Below, piece after piece: positions 43,374-52,934 of a stretch of DNA of 64,000 nucleotides. The DNA comes from Thermomicrobiales bacterium (GTDB lineage Bacteria > Chloroflexota > Chloroflexia > Thermomicrobiales > UBA6265), in contig JAPXTJ010000001.1 in the NCBI GenBank assembly GCA_033812595.1, positions 13,306-77,305 of the forward strand, in the 5' to 3' direction. Positions within the stretch are counted from its first letter, which is position 1. Every line of letters starts with the position of its first letter. The translations under genes and the position numbers were made by a program. The notes under the pieces were generated by a model. It made no database searches. It saw nothing but the letters and a program-made list of their open reading frames with translations, and was not told where the DNA came from.

Positions 43374-45440
43374 ATGGGACATCGGGAAAAACTCGCAGGT
43401 GCAGGGGCCGCATTCGCATTGGTGATCGGCTACATCCTGGTCCGCTGTCTCGATATCGGGCTGTTCGTCACCACCGATGAACCCTTCTGGCTCGGCCGAT
43501 CCGCCAACTTTTTTCGGGCCATGCGGCAGGGCGACTACCAATACACCTTTCAGATGGCGCATCCCGGCGTCACGACCATGTGGGCCGGCGCGGCCAGTTT
43601 TCTCTGGTCGTTCCCGGAATACGCCGACCGGGTGACGCAGAACCTCACCTTCGTCTACGGCATCGACGGGGTGCTCCGCGATCTCGGGCAGGATCCGATG
43701 GAGATGCTGATCCGGGCCCGTTTCGCCAAGATCGTGGTCTCCAGCCTGGCTTTTGCCGCCTCACTCTTCTACCTGAACCGGCTCTTCGGCCGGGCCGTGA
43801 TGGTTCTGACTGGTGCCCTGATCGCGCTCGATCCGTTCGTTTCCGGGCTCGATTCGCTCCTCCATGTCGATGGGCTTTTCGCGATCTTCGCGTTCGCGGC
43901 CATTCTGGCGCTGGCGGACGCGGCGCGAGCGAATCGCCACGCGATCGCGCCCTGGATCGTTGCCGGTGTGCTGGCGTTCGCCTGGATGGCTCGCGCCACC
44001 GGACTCGTCCTCATGCTCGGAGCGGCGGTCGCTTCGATCGCGCCGCTCTTTCACCGGCGCAATCGAATCGGCCCGCTATCGCTGCGCCACCGGCTCGAAT
44101 CCCCGGCCTTTTCGCTGGTTCTCTGGTTGATCGGGGGAATCGCGGCCTCGTTCCTGCTCCTGCCGGCGCTCTGGGTCGATCCCTTCGGCACCTTCGATGC
44201 CATCTGGGATTGGAGCACCCAGGCGGCGAACGAGGGACACGAGCGGCCGATCTTCTTCCGGGGCGAGGTGATCAGCGGCGATCCGGGTTGGCTCTTCTAC
44301 CCGGTGACGCTGATCTGGCGCCTGACCCCGATCGTGCTGTTCGGCGCGCTGGCGTTACTCATCCTCGCCATTCCACGCACGACGCGCCGGCTGATTCCGG
44401 ACGCGCACCGGCGTTCGCTGCTGCTCATAGCCGGCTTCGGCGTCGCGTACCTGATGGCGATGTCATTCGGAGCGAAGAAATTCGATCGCTACATCCTGCC
44501 GGTTTACCCCATCGTTATGCTGATGGCGGGGTACGGATCAGTGCTGTTGGCACGAGCCGTAGCCTGCCGCCGACCTAATCTCCGCCGGTTTGCGCTGCCC
44601 GCGGTCACGGCGGCGGTACTGCTGGGGCAAACGGTTTCGCTCTTTGCCGCCACGCCATATCGTCTCGACTATTTCTCGCCGTTGCTCGGTGGTCTGGACC
44701 GGGCTCAATCTCACATTCAGGTCGGGTGGGGAGAGGGCGCGCAGGAGGCGGTCGACTTCATCGTGCAGGACGCGGACGGCGCGGACGTTTTGGTGCAGGT
44801 TTCGTCCGTCTGGCCGGTGTTCTCGTATCTCGCACCAACATCGATTCGTTTCGAGCGGTTCGGATTGGGCACGCCCGCCGGTTGGTACGAGACCGACTAC
44901 GTCGTGAGCGGCATTCAGGAGTGGCAGCGTGACCTCTCGCCCTCCTACCGGACCATGCGTGAAAACGGCTTCGAACCGGTTCACGTGGTGGAGGTGCACG
45001 GCGTGCCGTTCTTCATGGTCTACGCGCCCCGTCAGCTGCCACTGCCAGCCGGACTGATCGACGCAAGCAGTTGCGACGCCAGCTTCGGCGGTGGCTTGCG
45101 GCTCGTGCAAGTGATCGGGCGGGAGGGGAGTGTCGATTTCTACTTCCTGACAACGGGAGAACTACCGGAGAATCTCGAAATCTCGATCGCGCTTCAGCAG
45201 GAGGTCGATTCGACGCCGCGGTCCGCCTGGTCGGCGTGGCAGCCGGCCGGGATCGGCTACGTGTCGCGGGTCAGCGTGCCCGATCCACGGTCGGGCGAGA
45301 GCCCCGAGCTCTCGAACTACGAGTTGCTGATTCAGGTGCGGAATGTCGCCAGTGGTGAATTGCTGCCGGTCGACTCCACTACACTTGGGTCCGATGGTGT
45401 GACGGCAAGCACCAACTCCGAATGCTTCTACCAGCCATGA
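43374..45440 (+). CDS. Polytopic glycosyltransferase, family 39 / ArnT-PMT-like
   Basis: ATG 43374. TTDEPFWLGRSANFF (the DE motif in the first loop is typical of GT-C enzymes), about 12 predicted TM segments, and a C-terminal soluble domain of about 220 aa. Confidence 0.7.
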   Translation: MGHREKLAGAGAAFALVIGYILVRCLDIGLFVTTDEPFWLGRSANFFRAMRQGDYQYTFQMAHPGVTTMWAGAASFLWSFPEYADRVTQNLTFVYGIDGVLRDLGQDPMEMLIRARFAKIVVSSLAFAASLFYLNRLFGRAVMVLTGALIALDPFVSGLDSLLHVDGLFAIFAFAAILALADAARANRHAIAPWIVAGVLAFAWMARATGLVLMLGAAVASIAPLFHRRNRIGPLSLRHRLESPAFSLVLWLIGGIAASFLLLPALWVDPFGTFDAIWDWSTQAANEGHERPIFFRGEVISGDPGWLFYPVTLIWRLTPIVLFGALALLILAIPRTTRRLIPDAHRRSLLLIAGFGVAYLMAMSFGAKKFDRYILPVYPIVMLMAGYGSVLLARAVACRRPNLRRFALPAVTAAVLLGQTVSLFAATPYRLDYFSPLLGGLDRAQSHIQVGWGEGAQEAVDFIVQDADGADVLVQVSSVWPVFSYLAPTSIRFERFGLGTPAGWYETDYVVSGIQEWQRDLSPSYRTMRENGFEPVHVVEVHGVPFFMVYAPRQLPLPAGLIDASSCDASFGGGLRLVQVIGREGSVDFYFLTTGELPENLEISIALQQEVDSTPRSAWSAWQPAGIGYVSRVSVPDPRSGESPELSNYELLIQVRNVASGELLPVDSTTLGSDGVTASTNSECFYQP

Positions 45441-45477
45441 AACGGGCAGATGCCGGGAACGGCCGGCAATTTCCGGA

Positions 45478-46110
45478 GTGGGGGAGCGGCGCCCGGCGGT
45501 TCGGCCCCTTGGAGCAGCGTTGGATCGAGATTCCCGCCACGACAGGAGCGACGATGATGTCGTGCGCCGCGCGCTCCGCAACCGGGCCGATTTCGCGCCG
45601 CTCTACGAGCGACACGCCGCCGCGATCTACGGCTACTGCTACAACCACACCCGCGACCCGGAACTGGCCAACGATCTCGCGGCCCAGATCTTCCTCCGCG
45701 CCATTGAACGGTTGGGGCAGTACCAGCCACGCGCTCACGCCAGTTTCCGCAGCTGGCTCTTCGCGATTGCACGAAATATCGTCATCGATCACTGGCGGCG
45801 ATTCAGACCGACCTGGCCGATTGAACCCTGGCAAATCGCCGCGATTGCGGATGAGCCCGGTCCGGAGGAGATCACGCTCCACCGGGCGCGGATGGCGGAT
45901 CTGCTCGATGCCCTCGATCAGCTGCCTGAACGACAGCGGACGATCGTGGAATTCCGGTTAGCCGGCATGACGACCCCTGAGATCGCGAGCGCGCTCGGCC
46001 TGACCGAATCGGCGGTGAAATCGGCCCAAACCCGGGCATACCGGCACCTGCGCGAACTCCTCGGAGTTCAAAACGAGAGCGACTATGGACGACTTCCCGC
46101 GGCCGATTAA
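45478..46110 (+). CDS. ECF-subfamily RNA polymerase sigma factor
   Basis: FAPLYERHAAAIYGYCYNHTRDPELANDLAAQIFLRAIE ... QRTIVEFRLAGMTTPEIASALGLTESAVKSAQTRA. TTG 45520 (GGAG 5 nt upstream) is an alternative start. Confidence 0.85.
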   Translation: MGERRPAVRPLGAALDRDSRHDRSDDDVVRRALRNRADFAPLYERHAAAIYGYCYNHTRDPELANDLAAQIFLRAIERLGQYQPRAHASFRSWLFAIARNIVIDHWRRFRPTWPIEPWQIAAIADEPGPEEITLHRARMADLLDALDQLPERQRTIVEFRLAGMTTPEIASALGLTESAVKSAQTRAYRHLRELLGVQNESDYGRLPAAD

Positions 46111-47212
46111 CCCGAACGATCCGACGCCGGACAGCGATTTCGCCGATCGTTTCGATCGAGCGTTTCATCAAGCGGCGGCTGAAGATCCGGGCGCCGGCGC
46201 ACTCGATCCCAACCTGTGGGCGCGCATCCAGGCCGAAGCCGGCATCGATCAGACCACCTCGGCGAATGCATCAGCGGGCGCGCCAAAGGCCGGTCCGACC
46301 TCCGTCGACACCGCCGGAACGCTCCACGGTCGAGGTCGTTACACCGCACCAGCAGCGTGGTGGCGGTGGGGGTTGGCCGTAGTGCTGCTGACGGCGCTCG
46401 CCAGCACACTTGTGCTTTCCCTCGACAATGACGAACCGAACCGCAATCCGACCAGTGGGGTAGTGAGCGCCCCGCTGGTGATGTCTCCAATTGCGGAGCT
46501 GTCCGATACCTGTGATGTGGAGCCACTCACCGTCGCCGAAGTTCTGGAGATCGTCACGAGTGTTCCACCGCCAGGTGGTGAACCGTACCCTCACACGGAC
46601 ACTTGGTTGCCGGACACGAATGGCGCCGCTGAGTTTGCATCCGGCACGCGGAGCGTCGTCACGCCAGACATCACTATGTACCGGGCAATTCAACACGCCG
46701 TCGATAGGTATCTCGTCTGTCAGGAGACCGGCACCAACTTCCAGGTTTGGGCGCTTGAATCGGCGCCCGAGGTGCAGCGTCAGGTCACCCAGGTGCTGCT
46801 CTATGAAAATGGCGACGCATTCGGTCCGGAAATCGACGAAGCGATGCTCATCGCCGAAATCGAGCGACTCGGACCCCAACTGCGTCGGGAAACCTGGCAC
46901 GAGGGCATCGGCGGCACCTACCTGACCCTTGTGATCGAGGATGAAGATAAGCAGCTTCGCGCCAATCAGGTCCCCGAGGCCGCTTTCATTACGACAGACG
47001 GCAACGTGGCCGGCGACACCTACGCCTGGATCGGACTCGAGCTTCAGTCGAAGGCGGACGGAGTAGTCATCATTCGCCATGGCGCCGGCACTGAACCGCA
47101 CGAAAGCAACACACCGCGCGAGCAGGATTTGCCGGTTGTCGGCACCCTGATTCTTCGTTTTGACGACTCAGCCAACGCCTGGAAGGTGGAGTGGTTCATT
47201 CCGTCCATCTAA
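46085..47212 (+). CDS. Single-pass membrane protein, putative cognate anti-sigma factor
   Basis: Overlaps the sigma gene by 26 nt. TM WWRWGLAVVLLTALASTLVLS. Extracytoplasmic domain of about 260 aa with no recognised family. Confidence 0.55.
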   Translation: MDDFPRPINPNDPTPDSDFADRFDRAFHQAAAEDPGAGALDPNLWARIQAEAGIDQTTSANASAGAPKAGPTSVDTAGTLHGRGRYTAPAAWWRWGLAVVLLTALASTLVLSLDNDEPNRNPTSGVVSAPLVMSPIAELSDTCDVEPLTVAEVLEIVTSVPPPGGEPYPHTDTWLPDTNGAAEFASGTRSVVTPDITMYRAIQHAVDRYLVCQETGTNFQVWALESAPEVQRQVTQVLLYENGDAFGPEIDEAMLIAEIERLGPQLRRETWHEGIGGTYLTLVIEDEDKQLRANQVPEAAFITTDGNVAGDTYAWIGLELQSKADGVVIIRHGAGTEPHESNTPREQDLPVVGTLILRFDDSANAWKVEWFIPSI

Positions 47213-47394
47213 GCTAGATTCTACTCTTGACCATCGAACATAAATCTGTGCCAACGGGACTGAAGCATAGGTGTGCGCAAACGCACAGCGAACCGATGCT
47301 ACCCGACACATCGACCGGGCGAAAAGCGGCGTAGCTTCAACTTACCCCGGACGTTCCAGGGATGGAAGTCGCAACCCGAGCCAAGGAGCATGGA

Positions 47395-47961
47395 ATGACG
47401 TCGACAGAGAACACCAAGACCTGGGTTTATTCCGCGATGCCAATCACGGCGGCGGTCAACGAGGTGCAGCTGGCCCTCTCCAGACTCAAGAACGATTCTC
47501 AGATACAGAATGCCGGCATCCAATTCTCCAAAGCTGTCCTGACCTTCGTCGTCTCCAACTCGTTCGAGGCGGAGGCCGAAGTCGGCATAAAGGTCGTTAC
47601 CGCGGGTGGCTCGATCGGCCGACAGAGTACAAGCACCATCGTCGCAACACTCGAAGAACCTGGCTTGGAGGCGGTCGAGCTCACAGAACGCGAGTACACA
47701 AACGAATCGATTCAAGAGTTGGTTCGCCAACTCGCAGCCATTGTCCTGCTAGGTGGCGACAAGCCATACCCGCTGGCCTTCAGCGAAGGCAGCGTAGAGC
47801 TTGAACTCATAGTGACTGCGGAGGGCCACCTGAAAGTGGCTACCGAGGGCCTTGTTGTCACGGTGCTTCGGGCGCTCGGACTCTTCAATCTGTCCGTACA
47901 AATGTCCGTGGAATTGCTCAAGACGTCCAGCATTAAACTGCACTACACCCGGGCCACCTAG
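47395..47961 (+). CDS. Tandem trypco2-like domain protein (hypothetical)
   Basis: ATG 47395 with an AAGGAG RBS. The two halves each show a helix followed by 'x(I/L)xFxxxxxxLxFxVxxxxxxxAxxGIKVV..GG..G....T..I..TL' (AGIQFSKAVLTFVVSNSFEAEAEVGIKVVTAGGSIGRQSTSTIVATLE; PLAFSEGSVELELIVTAEGHLKV...SSIKLHY). Low-GC segment. Confidence 0.55.
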   Translation: MTSTENTKTWVYSAMPITAAVNEVQLALSRLKNDSQIQNAGIQFSKAVLTFVVSNSFEAEAEVGIKVVTAGGSIGRQSTSTIVATLEEPGLEAVELTEREYTNESIQELVRQLAAIVLLGGDKPYPLAFSEGSVELELIVTAEGHLKVATEGLVVTVLRALGLFNLSVQMSVELLKTSSIKLHYTRAT

Positions 47962-47978
47962 CACCACTCCGGAGGCCG

Positions 47979-48014
47979 GCCAAGGGCGACAGAGCTCTGG
48001 GAGTCGCCCTTGGC
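47979..48014 (+). terminator. Stem-loop after the trypco2-like gene
   Basis: 12-bp arms gccaagggcgac / gtcgcccttggc with a 12-nt loop. No clear T-tract. Confidence 0.4.
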
Positions 48015-48125
48015 TGGGCCACACTGTAGGCAAAGAACTGACGTAGTTTGGTCTTTGCGGATAAGTGCAGTTGTGCGCAAAGCGTGCAGCGGAGAACAAT
48101 GGCCTCAGTGACCCGAAAAGCCGAT

Positions 48126-48506
48126 TCAGGCCGATTCCATGCGGAATTCCGGACGACCGAACGGCGAGCCGCTCTCGGGCGGACCGTACGCGTTGACGCC
48201 GTAGACGCCGGGTGCGGTGCCAAGCCAGGCCAATAGAACGATCCAACCGAGCGGCACGAGGACGAGTAACAGCCAGAGTCCGCTGCGGCCGAGATCGTGC
48301 ATCCGTTTGACGCTCGCCGCGAACAACACCCAGAGACTGATCGGCGTGACCATGATCGCCATCAGCACGCCTTCCTGCACACCGAGTGTCACCGAGCCGA
48401 CCAGAAACGCCAGCCACGGCAACGCCACCACGTTGGCTACAAGCGCCCACCACGCGCCACGACCGATCCGCCCGGAGGCTGTAACAATATTCCAGATGCT
48501 CATCAC
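48126..48506 (-). CDS. DUF805-domain inner-membrane protein
   Basis: GRIGRGAWW ... SVKRMHDLGRSGLW ... NAYGPPE is the DUF805 signature. Confidence 0.8.
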   Translation of the reverse strand: MMSIWNIVTASGRIGRGAWWALVANVVALPWLAFLVGSVTLGVQEGVLMAIMVTPISLWVLFAASVKRMHDLGRSGLWLLLVLVPLGWIVLLAWLGTAPGVYGVNAYGPPESGSPFGRPEFRMESA

Positions 48507-48880
48507 CGTGTTACTTTCTGAACCTGTGCGAGTGCTCCTGACCTTTGGCCGAACGGTGAACCGCTTTCCGGTTCACCATATTTATTGGATCCTCGCTTGC
48601 CCGGTATCAGTCCAAACCAGATAACCGCCACGGGCGGGATTAGCCAGAAAACGATCCAGCCGCCACTCCAGCCGTGATCATGGCATCGCTTCACCGAGGT
48701 GACAATCACAATCCGTAGCAGAACCGCCACCAGGACGAGGCTCACCGCGGAGGCAACGATATTGTCCAGGTTCATCAGGCCCGCGATGCCGAACCAGGCA
48801 AGATGGGTCAACAGATTGATCTTCCACCAGGTCAGACGACCGGTCCGTCCATTTGCTGACCAAAGTCTTGCGATGTCCAT
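48503..48880 (-). CDS. DUF805-domain inner-membrane protein (tandem paralogue)
   Basis: GRTGRLTWW ... SVKRCHDHGWSGGW ... NKYGEPE. 4-nt overlap with the downstream paralogue. Confidence 0.8.
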   Translation of the reverse strand: MDIARLWSANGRTGRLTWWKINLLTHLAWFGIAGLMNLDNIVASAVSLVLVAVLLRIVIVTSVKRCHDHGWSGGWIVFWLIPPVAVIWFGLIPGKRGSNKYGEPESGSPFGQRSGALAQVQKVTR

Positions 48881-48951
48881 CCCGTCACCTGCCAGCGCCC
48901 GCTAGACTACCGGTTGAAATGGCCCGTTCGCCCACCGGATTCATCATACTC

Positions 48952-50511
48952 ATGCCCAGCCTGTCAGAACCAGAACTCGTGCAACGAATGCTCGATCCGG
49001 CAGCTTATCCGTGGCGGGTCGACTCGGTCCGTCACCTCGAAACACACATCTCGCACCTCTTCTTCGCCGGCGATCGGGTCGTGAAGCTGAAACGGCCGGT
49101 CGACTACGGATTCGCCGATCTCACCACGCTCGAATCACGCGAACAAGCCTGTCGCGACGAAGTCCGCCTCAACCGGCGATTGACCGACGACATCTACCTG
49201 GAGGCGCTGCCGATCGTCCGGCATGATGGCGGTCTCCGCCTCGGCGGCGACGGACCGCCCCTCGATTGGGCGACCGTGATGCGCCGGTTTCCGGCCGAAT
49301 CGAGTCTCGATCACGTGCTGGCGAACGAGGCCGCGCCGTCCGATCTGGCCGCCTGCCTCGCCGAACGGTTGATTCCGTTTCACGCCTCCATCGCAGGATG
49401 TCCGGGTGATCCGAATGAACAGGCGGATCAGGCCGAGCGAATTCTCCGTGAGAATCTCGAGCAAATTGCCGCCATCGACACCTACGCGATCCTCCCGCAG
49501 GAATTCGCGCTGATCCGGGATCTGATCGCCGAATTTCTCGATCGCCACCCCGATCGCATCCGCCAGCGCGCCGAATCAGGAATGATCCGGGAAGGACACG
49601 GCGATCTCAAGTGCGAGCACGTGCTGCTCGATCCGCCCGGTTCGCTCCAGATCTTCGACTGCGTTGAATTCAGCCTGGAGATTCGTTGCGCCGATATCGC
49701 CAGCGACCTCGCCTTCCTGCTCCTCGATCTGAAGCGGCTCGGCGCGACGGGGGTCGCTGATGAGCTGGTGGATCGCTACCGCGCCGCCGGCCTCGATCTT
49801 CCCGACGAGGAGCTCATCGTCTACCAGTTGCACCGAGGGCTCGTGAAGGTCAAGACCACCGCGCTCACCATCGCATCGTCCGAACAACCGCATCCCGAAC
49901 TCGCCCACGAGATCGCCACCTGGCTCCATCACACCTTCCAGGCGGGATTCGAGCTTCGGCCGGTGGTGCTGGCGATGACCGGATTCAGCGGCAGCGGCAA
50001 GTCGGCGGTCGCGCGGGCAATCGCCGCGCTCACAGGCGCCACGATCCACTCCACGGACGCGATTCGATCGAAAAACGCGACCTCATCCTCTGCGCGTTAC
50101 GCCCCGGACGCACGCCTTGCCAACTACCACGCGCTTGTCGAACGCGCCGCGGTCGATCTCGGGCAACACAGCCCGGTCATCCTCGACGGCGCGTTCCTCC
50201 GAACCGAGGAGCGAGAACTGGCCGCCGAATTCGCTGCCGCGCACTACGCACCGATCCTTTTCATCGAGGTCACCGCCAACAGGGACGTGATGGAACGTCG
50301 CATCCTCGCACGCGGTCGGGGCGAATCGCCATCATTCGCTTCGGAAGCAACGCTCGACGTGCTGGAGGCCCAGCTGTCGGCTCCCAGGGCGCCCTTCCCT
50401 GCCGCCGCGACCGTTGTCCGGATCGAGAATTCATCCGATGCCCCGGCCTCACTCGATCCGCTGATCGAAGCGCTGCACGCGGCCGGTTACCTTCGCAGCC
50501 GGCTCGACTGA
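48952..50511 (+). CDS. Bifunctional-type protein: aminoglycoside-phosphotransferase-like kinase domain plus C-terminal P-loop (AAA_33-like) kinase domain
   Basis: N-terminal HLETHISHLFFAGDRVVKLKRPV...; kinase catalytic region IREGHGDLKCEHVLL ... IFDCVEF; Walker A MTGFSGSGKSAVA. ATG 48919 is an alternative start. Confidence 0.75.
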   Translation: MPSLSEPELVQRMLDPAAYPWRVDSVRHLETHISHLFFAGDRVVKLKRPVDYGFADLTTLESREQACRDEVRLNRRLTDDIYLEALPIVRHDGGLRLGGDGPPLDWATVMRRFPAESSLDHVLANEAAPSDLAACLAERLIPFHASIAGCPGDPNEQADQAERILRENLEQIAAIDTYAILPQEFALIRDLIAEFLDRHPDRIRQRAESGMIREGHGDLKCEHVLLDPPGSLQIFDCVEFSLEIRCADIASDLAFLLLDLKRLGATGVADELVDRYRAAGLDLPDEELIVYQLHRGLVKVKTTALTIASSEQPHPELAHEIATWLHHTFQAGFELRPVVLAMTGFSGSGKSAVARAIAALTGATIHSTDAIRSKNATSSSARYAPDARLANYHALVERAAVDLGQHSPVILDGAFLRTEERELAAEFAAAHYAPILFIEVTANRDVMERRILARGRGESPSFASEATLDVLEAQLSAPRAPFPAAATVVRIENSSDAPASLDPLIEALHAAGYLRSRLD

Positions 50512-50547
50512 TCGGCGCGAACCGATGCGATACCGTACATTCCCGGT

Positions 50548-51369
50548 ATGCAATCGAACATCATTTGGAAAGCACCATCGATGCCGTTCATTTCAGACAG
50601 CCTGAACCGGATCGGCGATCGGCTCTCAAGCCTGATCGGTCCCAATTTCTGGGATTTCGTGATCTCGGTGCTGCTGATCGTCGCGATCTATTTCGCTTCC
50701 AGGATCGTCCGATCCCGCGTGCGCGAGTACGCCAAGGACCGCTTCGGCATCGACAACAGCTTCCCCGCCCTGCTCGACAATATCGTCCGGGTACTGCTGT
50801 TCGTGCTGATGGCGACGATGGTCTTCTCGGCGTTCGGCGTCGATTCCGCCTCGCTCGTCACCTTTCTCGGCTTCGCCACCGCCGCCATCGCCCTGTCGCT
50901 GCAGGACGTCCTGCGCAATATCTTCTGCGGCATCTACCTGTTGGCCGAACAGCCTTTTCAGACCGGAGATCGCATTCGCCTGCTGACCGAGGAGGGCTGG
51001 GTGGAGCGGATCGACCTGCGCGTCACCCGCATTCGGAACGACCGTCAGGAGCTGGTGCTGATCCCGAATCAAACGGTGTTCAATCAGGTCGTCAGCAACC
51101 GCTCGACCCGCCGTTCCCGCCCATTCACGGTCGAGCTGACCGGCATCAAATCATCGATCGATGACGCGGAGTCAAAAGCGCGCGCGGTGATCGATGCGGT
51201 GACCGACGGCGATAGCGATCCGACGATCCGGCTCAAGCAATCCGGTCCAGACGGGGTCAACCTCGAAATCACGTGCCGCCGCACGGCATCGGAGAACCAT
51301 CAGGAGCGCATCGCCCGCGCACTGGTCGACGCCTTCCCGGACGCCACACTGACGGTCCTGGCGCGCTAG
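50548..51369 (+). CDS. Mechanosensitive ion channel (MscS family)
   Basis: TM3/beta-domain pattern AIALSLQDVLRNIFCGIYLLAEQPFQTGDRIRL...GWVERIDLRVTRIRNDRQELVLIPN. ATG 50581 is an alternative start. Confidence 0.82.
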   Translation: MQSNIIWKAPSMPFISDSLNRIGDRLSSLIGPNFWDFVISVLLIVAIYFASRIVRSRVREYAKDRFGIDNSFPALLDNIVRVLLFVLMATMVFSAFGVDSASLVTFLGFATAAIALSLQDVLRNIFCGIYLLAEQPFQTGDRIRLLTEEGWVERIDLRVTRIRNDRQELVLIPNQTVFNQVVSNRSTRRSRPFTVELTGIKSSIDDAESKARAVIDAVTDGDSDPTIRLKQSGPDGVNLEITCRRTASENHQERIARALVDAFPDATLTVLAR

Positions 51370-52035
51370 CTAGCGTGCGTGGGCTTCGAAGATGACCAGG
51401 AGCGGGAAGCCGACGTATTTCGCTTTGGATGGCATGGCTTCGGCGAGTTCCGGTGGTCCCTCGAATTCCACTACTTCGATGCGGGCGAAACCGGCCCGCT
51501 CGAGCGCGGTGCGGTAGTCGTCAAGCTCGTGCTTGAAGGCGCCCAGGCGAAACTCGGTGGCTCCACGGATGAAGCGCGCTTCCTTGCCGGCCGCCGCCAT
51601 TGCGGGGTGATAGACAGAGAAGATGAGCCGGCCCTCATCGGCCAGCACCCGGCGCGTCTCCCGGAAAACGTGACCGAGTTCGCCGAGGTGCTCACCTACC
51701 AGCGCGCAGACAACTAGATCGAACGAGCGGGCTTCGAACGGCCAATCGCCCTGGAGATCGGCCTGGATCAGCGGGACACCCGGGTGCTTCGATTGGGCGA
51801 TCTGGAGCATCCCGGCCGAGAAATCGACCCCGGTCAACTCGGCGCCCTGATCGAGCAACCGCGCAAAGTTGCGGCCGGTACCGCAGCCCGCATCGAGCAC
51901 CCGTTCTCCTGGCGCGACGGTCAAGCGGTCGGTCAACGCCCAGGCGTCGATCCAGACGACCGGGTTCACCGTTTCATCATAGTCCTCAGCCCAGAGATCG
52001 TACCCGAGGCGCGCGTCGATCGATCGCTTTTCCAC
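51370..52035 (-). CDS. Class I SAM-dependent methyltransferase
   Basis: Motif I RVLDAGCGTGRN, then VDFSAGML and FDLVVCALVGEHL. Confidence 0.85.
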   Translation of the reverse strand: MEKRSIDARLGYDLWAEDYDETVNPVVWIDAWALTDRLTVAPGERVLDAGCGTGRNFARLLDQGAELTGVDFSAGMLQIAQSKHPGVPLIQADLQGDWPFEARSFDLVVCALVGEHLGELGHVFRETRRVLADEGRLIFSVYHPAMAAAGKEARFIRGATEFRLGAFKHELDDYRTALERAGFARIEVVEFEGPPELAEAMPSKAKYVGFPLLVIFEAHAR

Positions 52036-52158
52036 GTCCCTACTCCCACTCGAAACGATTATCAGTCATTCGGCGCACGCTTCGCGGATTCGGGGGCGGA
52101 CTGGTAGGATGCGAACCAATCAGGAACAGTGGTTAGACCATTGAAAGCGAGGACGCCG

Positions 52159-52920
52159 ATGCGTTTCGAGAATCACGCCAAACGAAAAATGCTCGCGGGA
52201 GAGCCGGCCTTCGGATTCCAGGCGAGTTACGGTTCGCCGATCATCGTCGAGGCGTTCGCCGGCAGCGGCAACGATTTCGTGATGATCGACACCCAGCACG
52301 GCTCGTGGGGACCGGACAGCCTCACGCCGGCCTTCATCGCCGCGCGGGCCGGCGGCGCCGTGCCGATCGCGCGGGTGACTCGCAACTTCTTCCCGATGAT
52401 CGGCCGGCTGCTCGATGAGGGCGTGCTCGGCATCATCATCCCGCAGGTCGATACCCCGGAAGAGGCGAAAGCTGCCGCCGATGCCTGCCGCCTGCCCCCG
52501 GTCGGCAATCGCTCCTGGGGCTGGGGCCGCGCCTTCAACTACGGGGTCGATTACCCCGAGTGGATCGATCAGGAGCTCTTCGTCGCGGTCCAGATCGAAT
52601 CGAAATCGGCCATCGAAAACGCCGAGGCGATCCTGGCGACCCCGGGTGTCGACGGCTTCTGGATGGGGCCGGCCGATCTGCAACTCTCTTACGGCCATCA
52701 CCCATTCTCCCCATCCGGCCTGGAAGTGCTGGCCGAGGCCAAGGAAATCGCACTTGCCGCCGCCCGAAACACGGGCAAGATCACCGGTTTCGCCGGCAGC
52801 AGTCCGCAGCAGGCGAAGGACCTCGCCGCCGAGGGGTTCCAGTTCCTCACCTGCGGCAGCGATGTCGGCTTCATCAACGCCGCCATCACCGCCGGCATGA
52901 AAACGCTGCGCGGCGAATGA
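52159..52920 (+). CDS. HpcH/HpaI-family aldolase (2-keto-3-deoxy-sugar-acid type)
   Basis: GEPAFGFQASYGSPIIVEAFAGSGNDFVMIDTQHG ... IARVT ... GIIIPQVDTPEEA ... VAVQIES ... GFWMGPADL. Confidence 0.82.
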   Translation: MRFENHAKRKMLAGEPAFGFQASYGSPIIVEAFAGSGNDFVMIDTQHGSWGPDSLTPAFIAARAGGAVPIARVTRNFFPMIGRLLDEGVLGIIIPQVDTPEEAKAAADACRLPPVGNRSWGWGRAFNYGVDYPEWIDQELFVAVQIESKSAIENAEAILATPGVDGFWMGPADLQLSYGHHPFSPSGLEVLAEAKEIALAAARNTGKITGFAGSSPQQAKDLAAEGFQFLTCGSDVGFINAAITAGMKTLRGE

Positions 52921-52934
52921 AACAAGGGAGCGGT

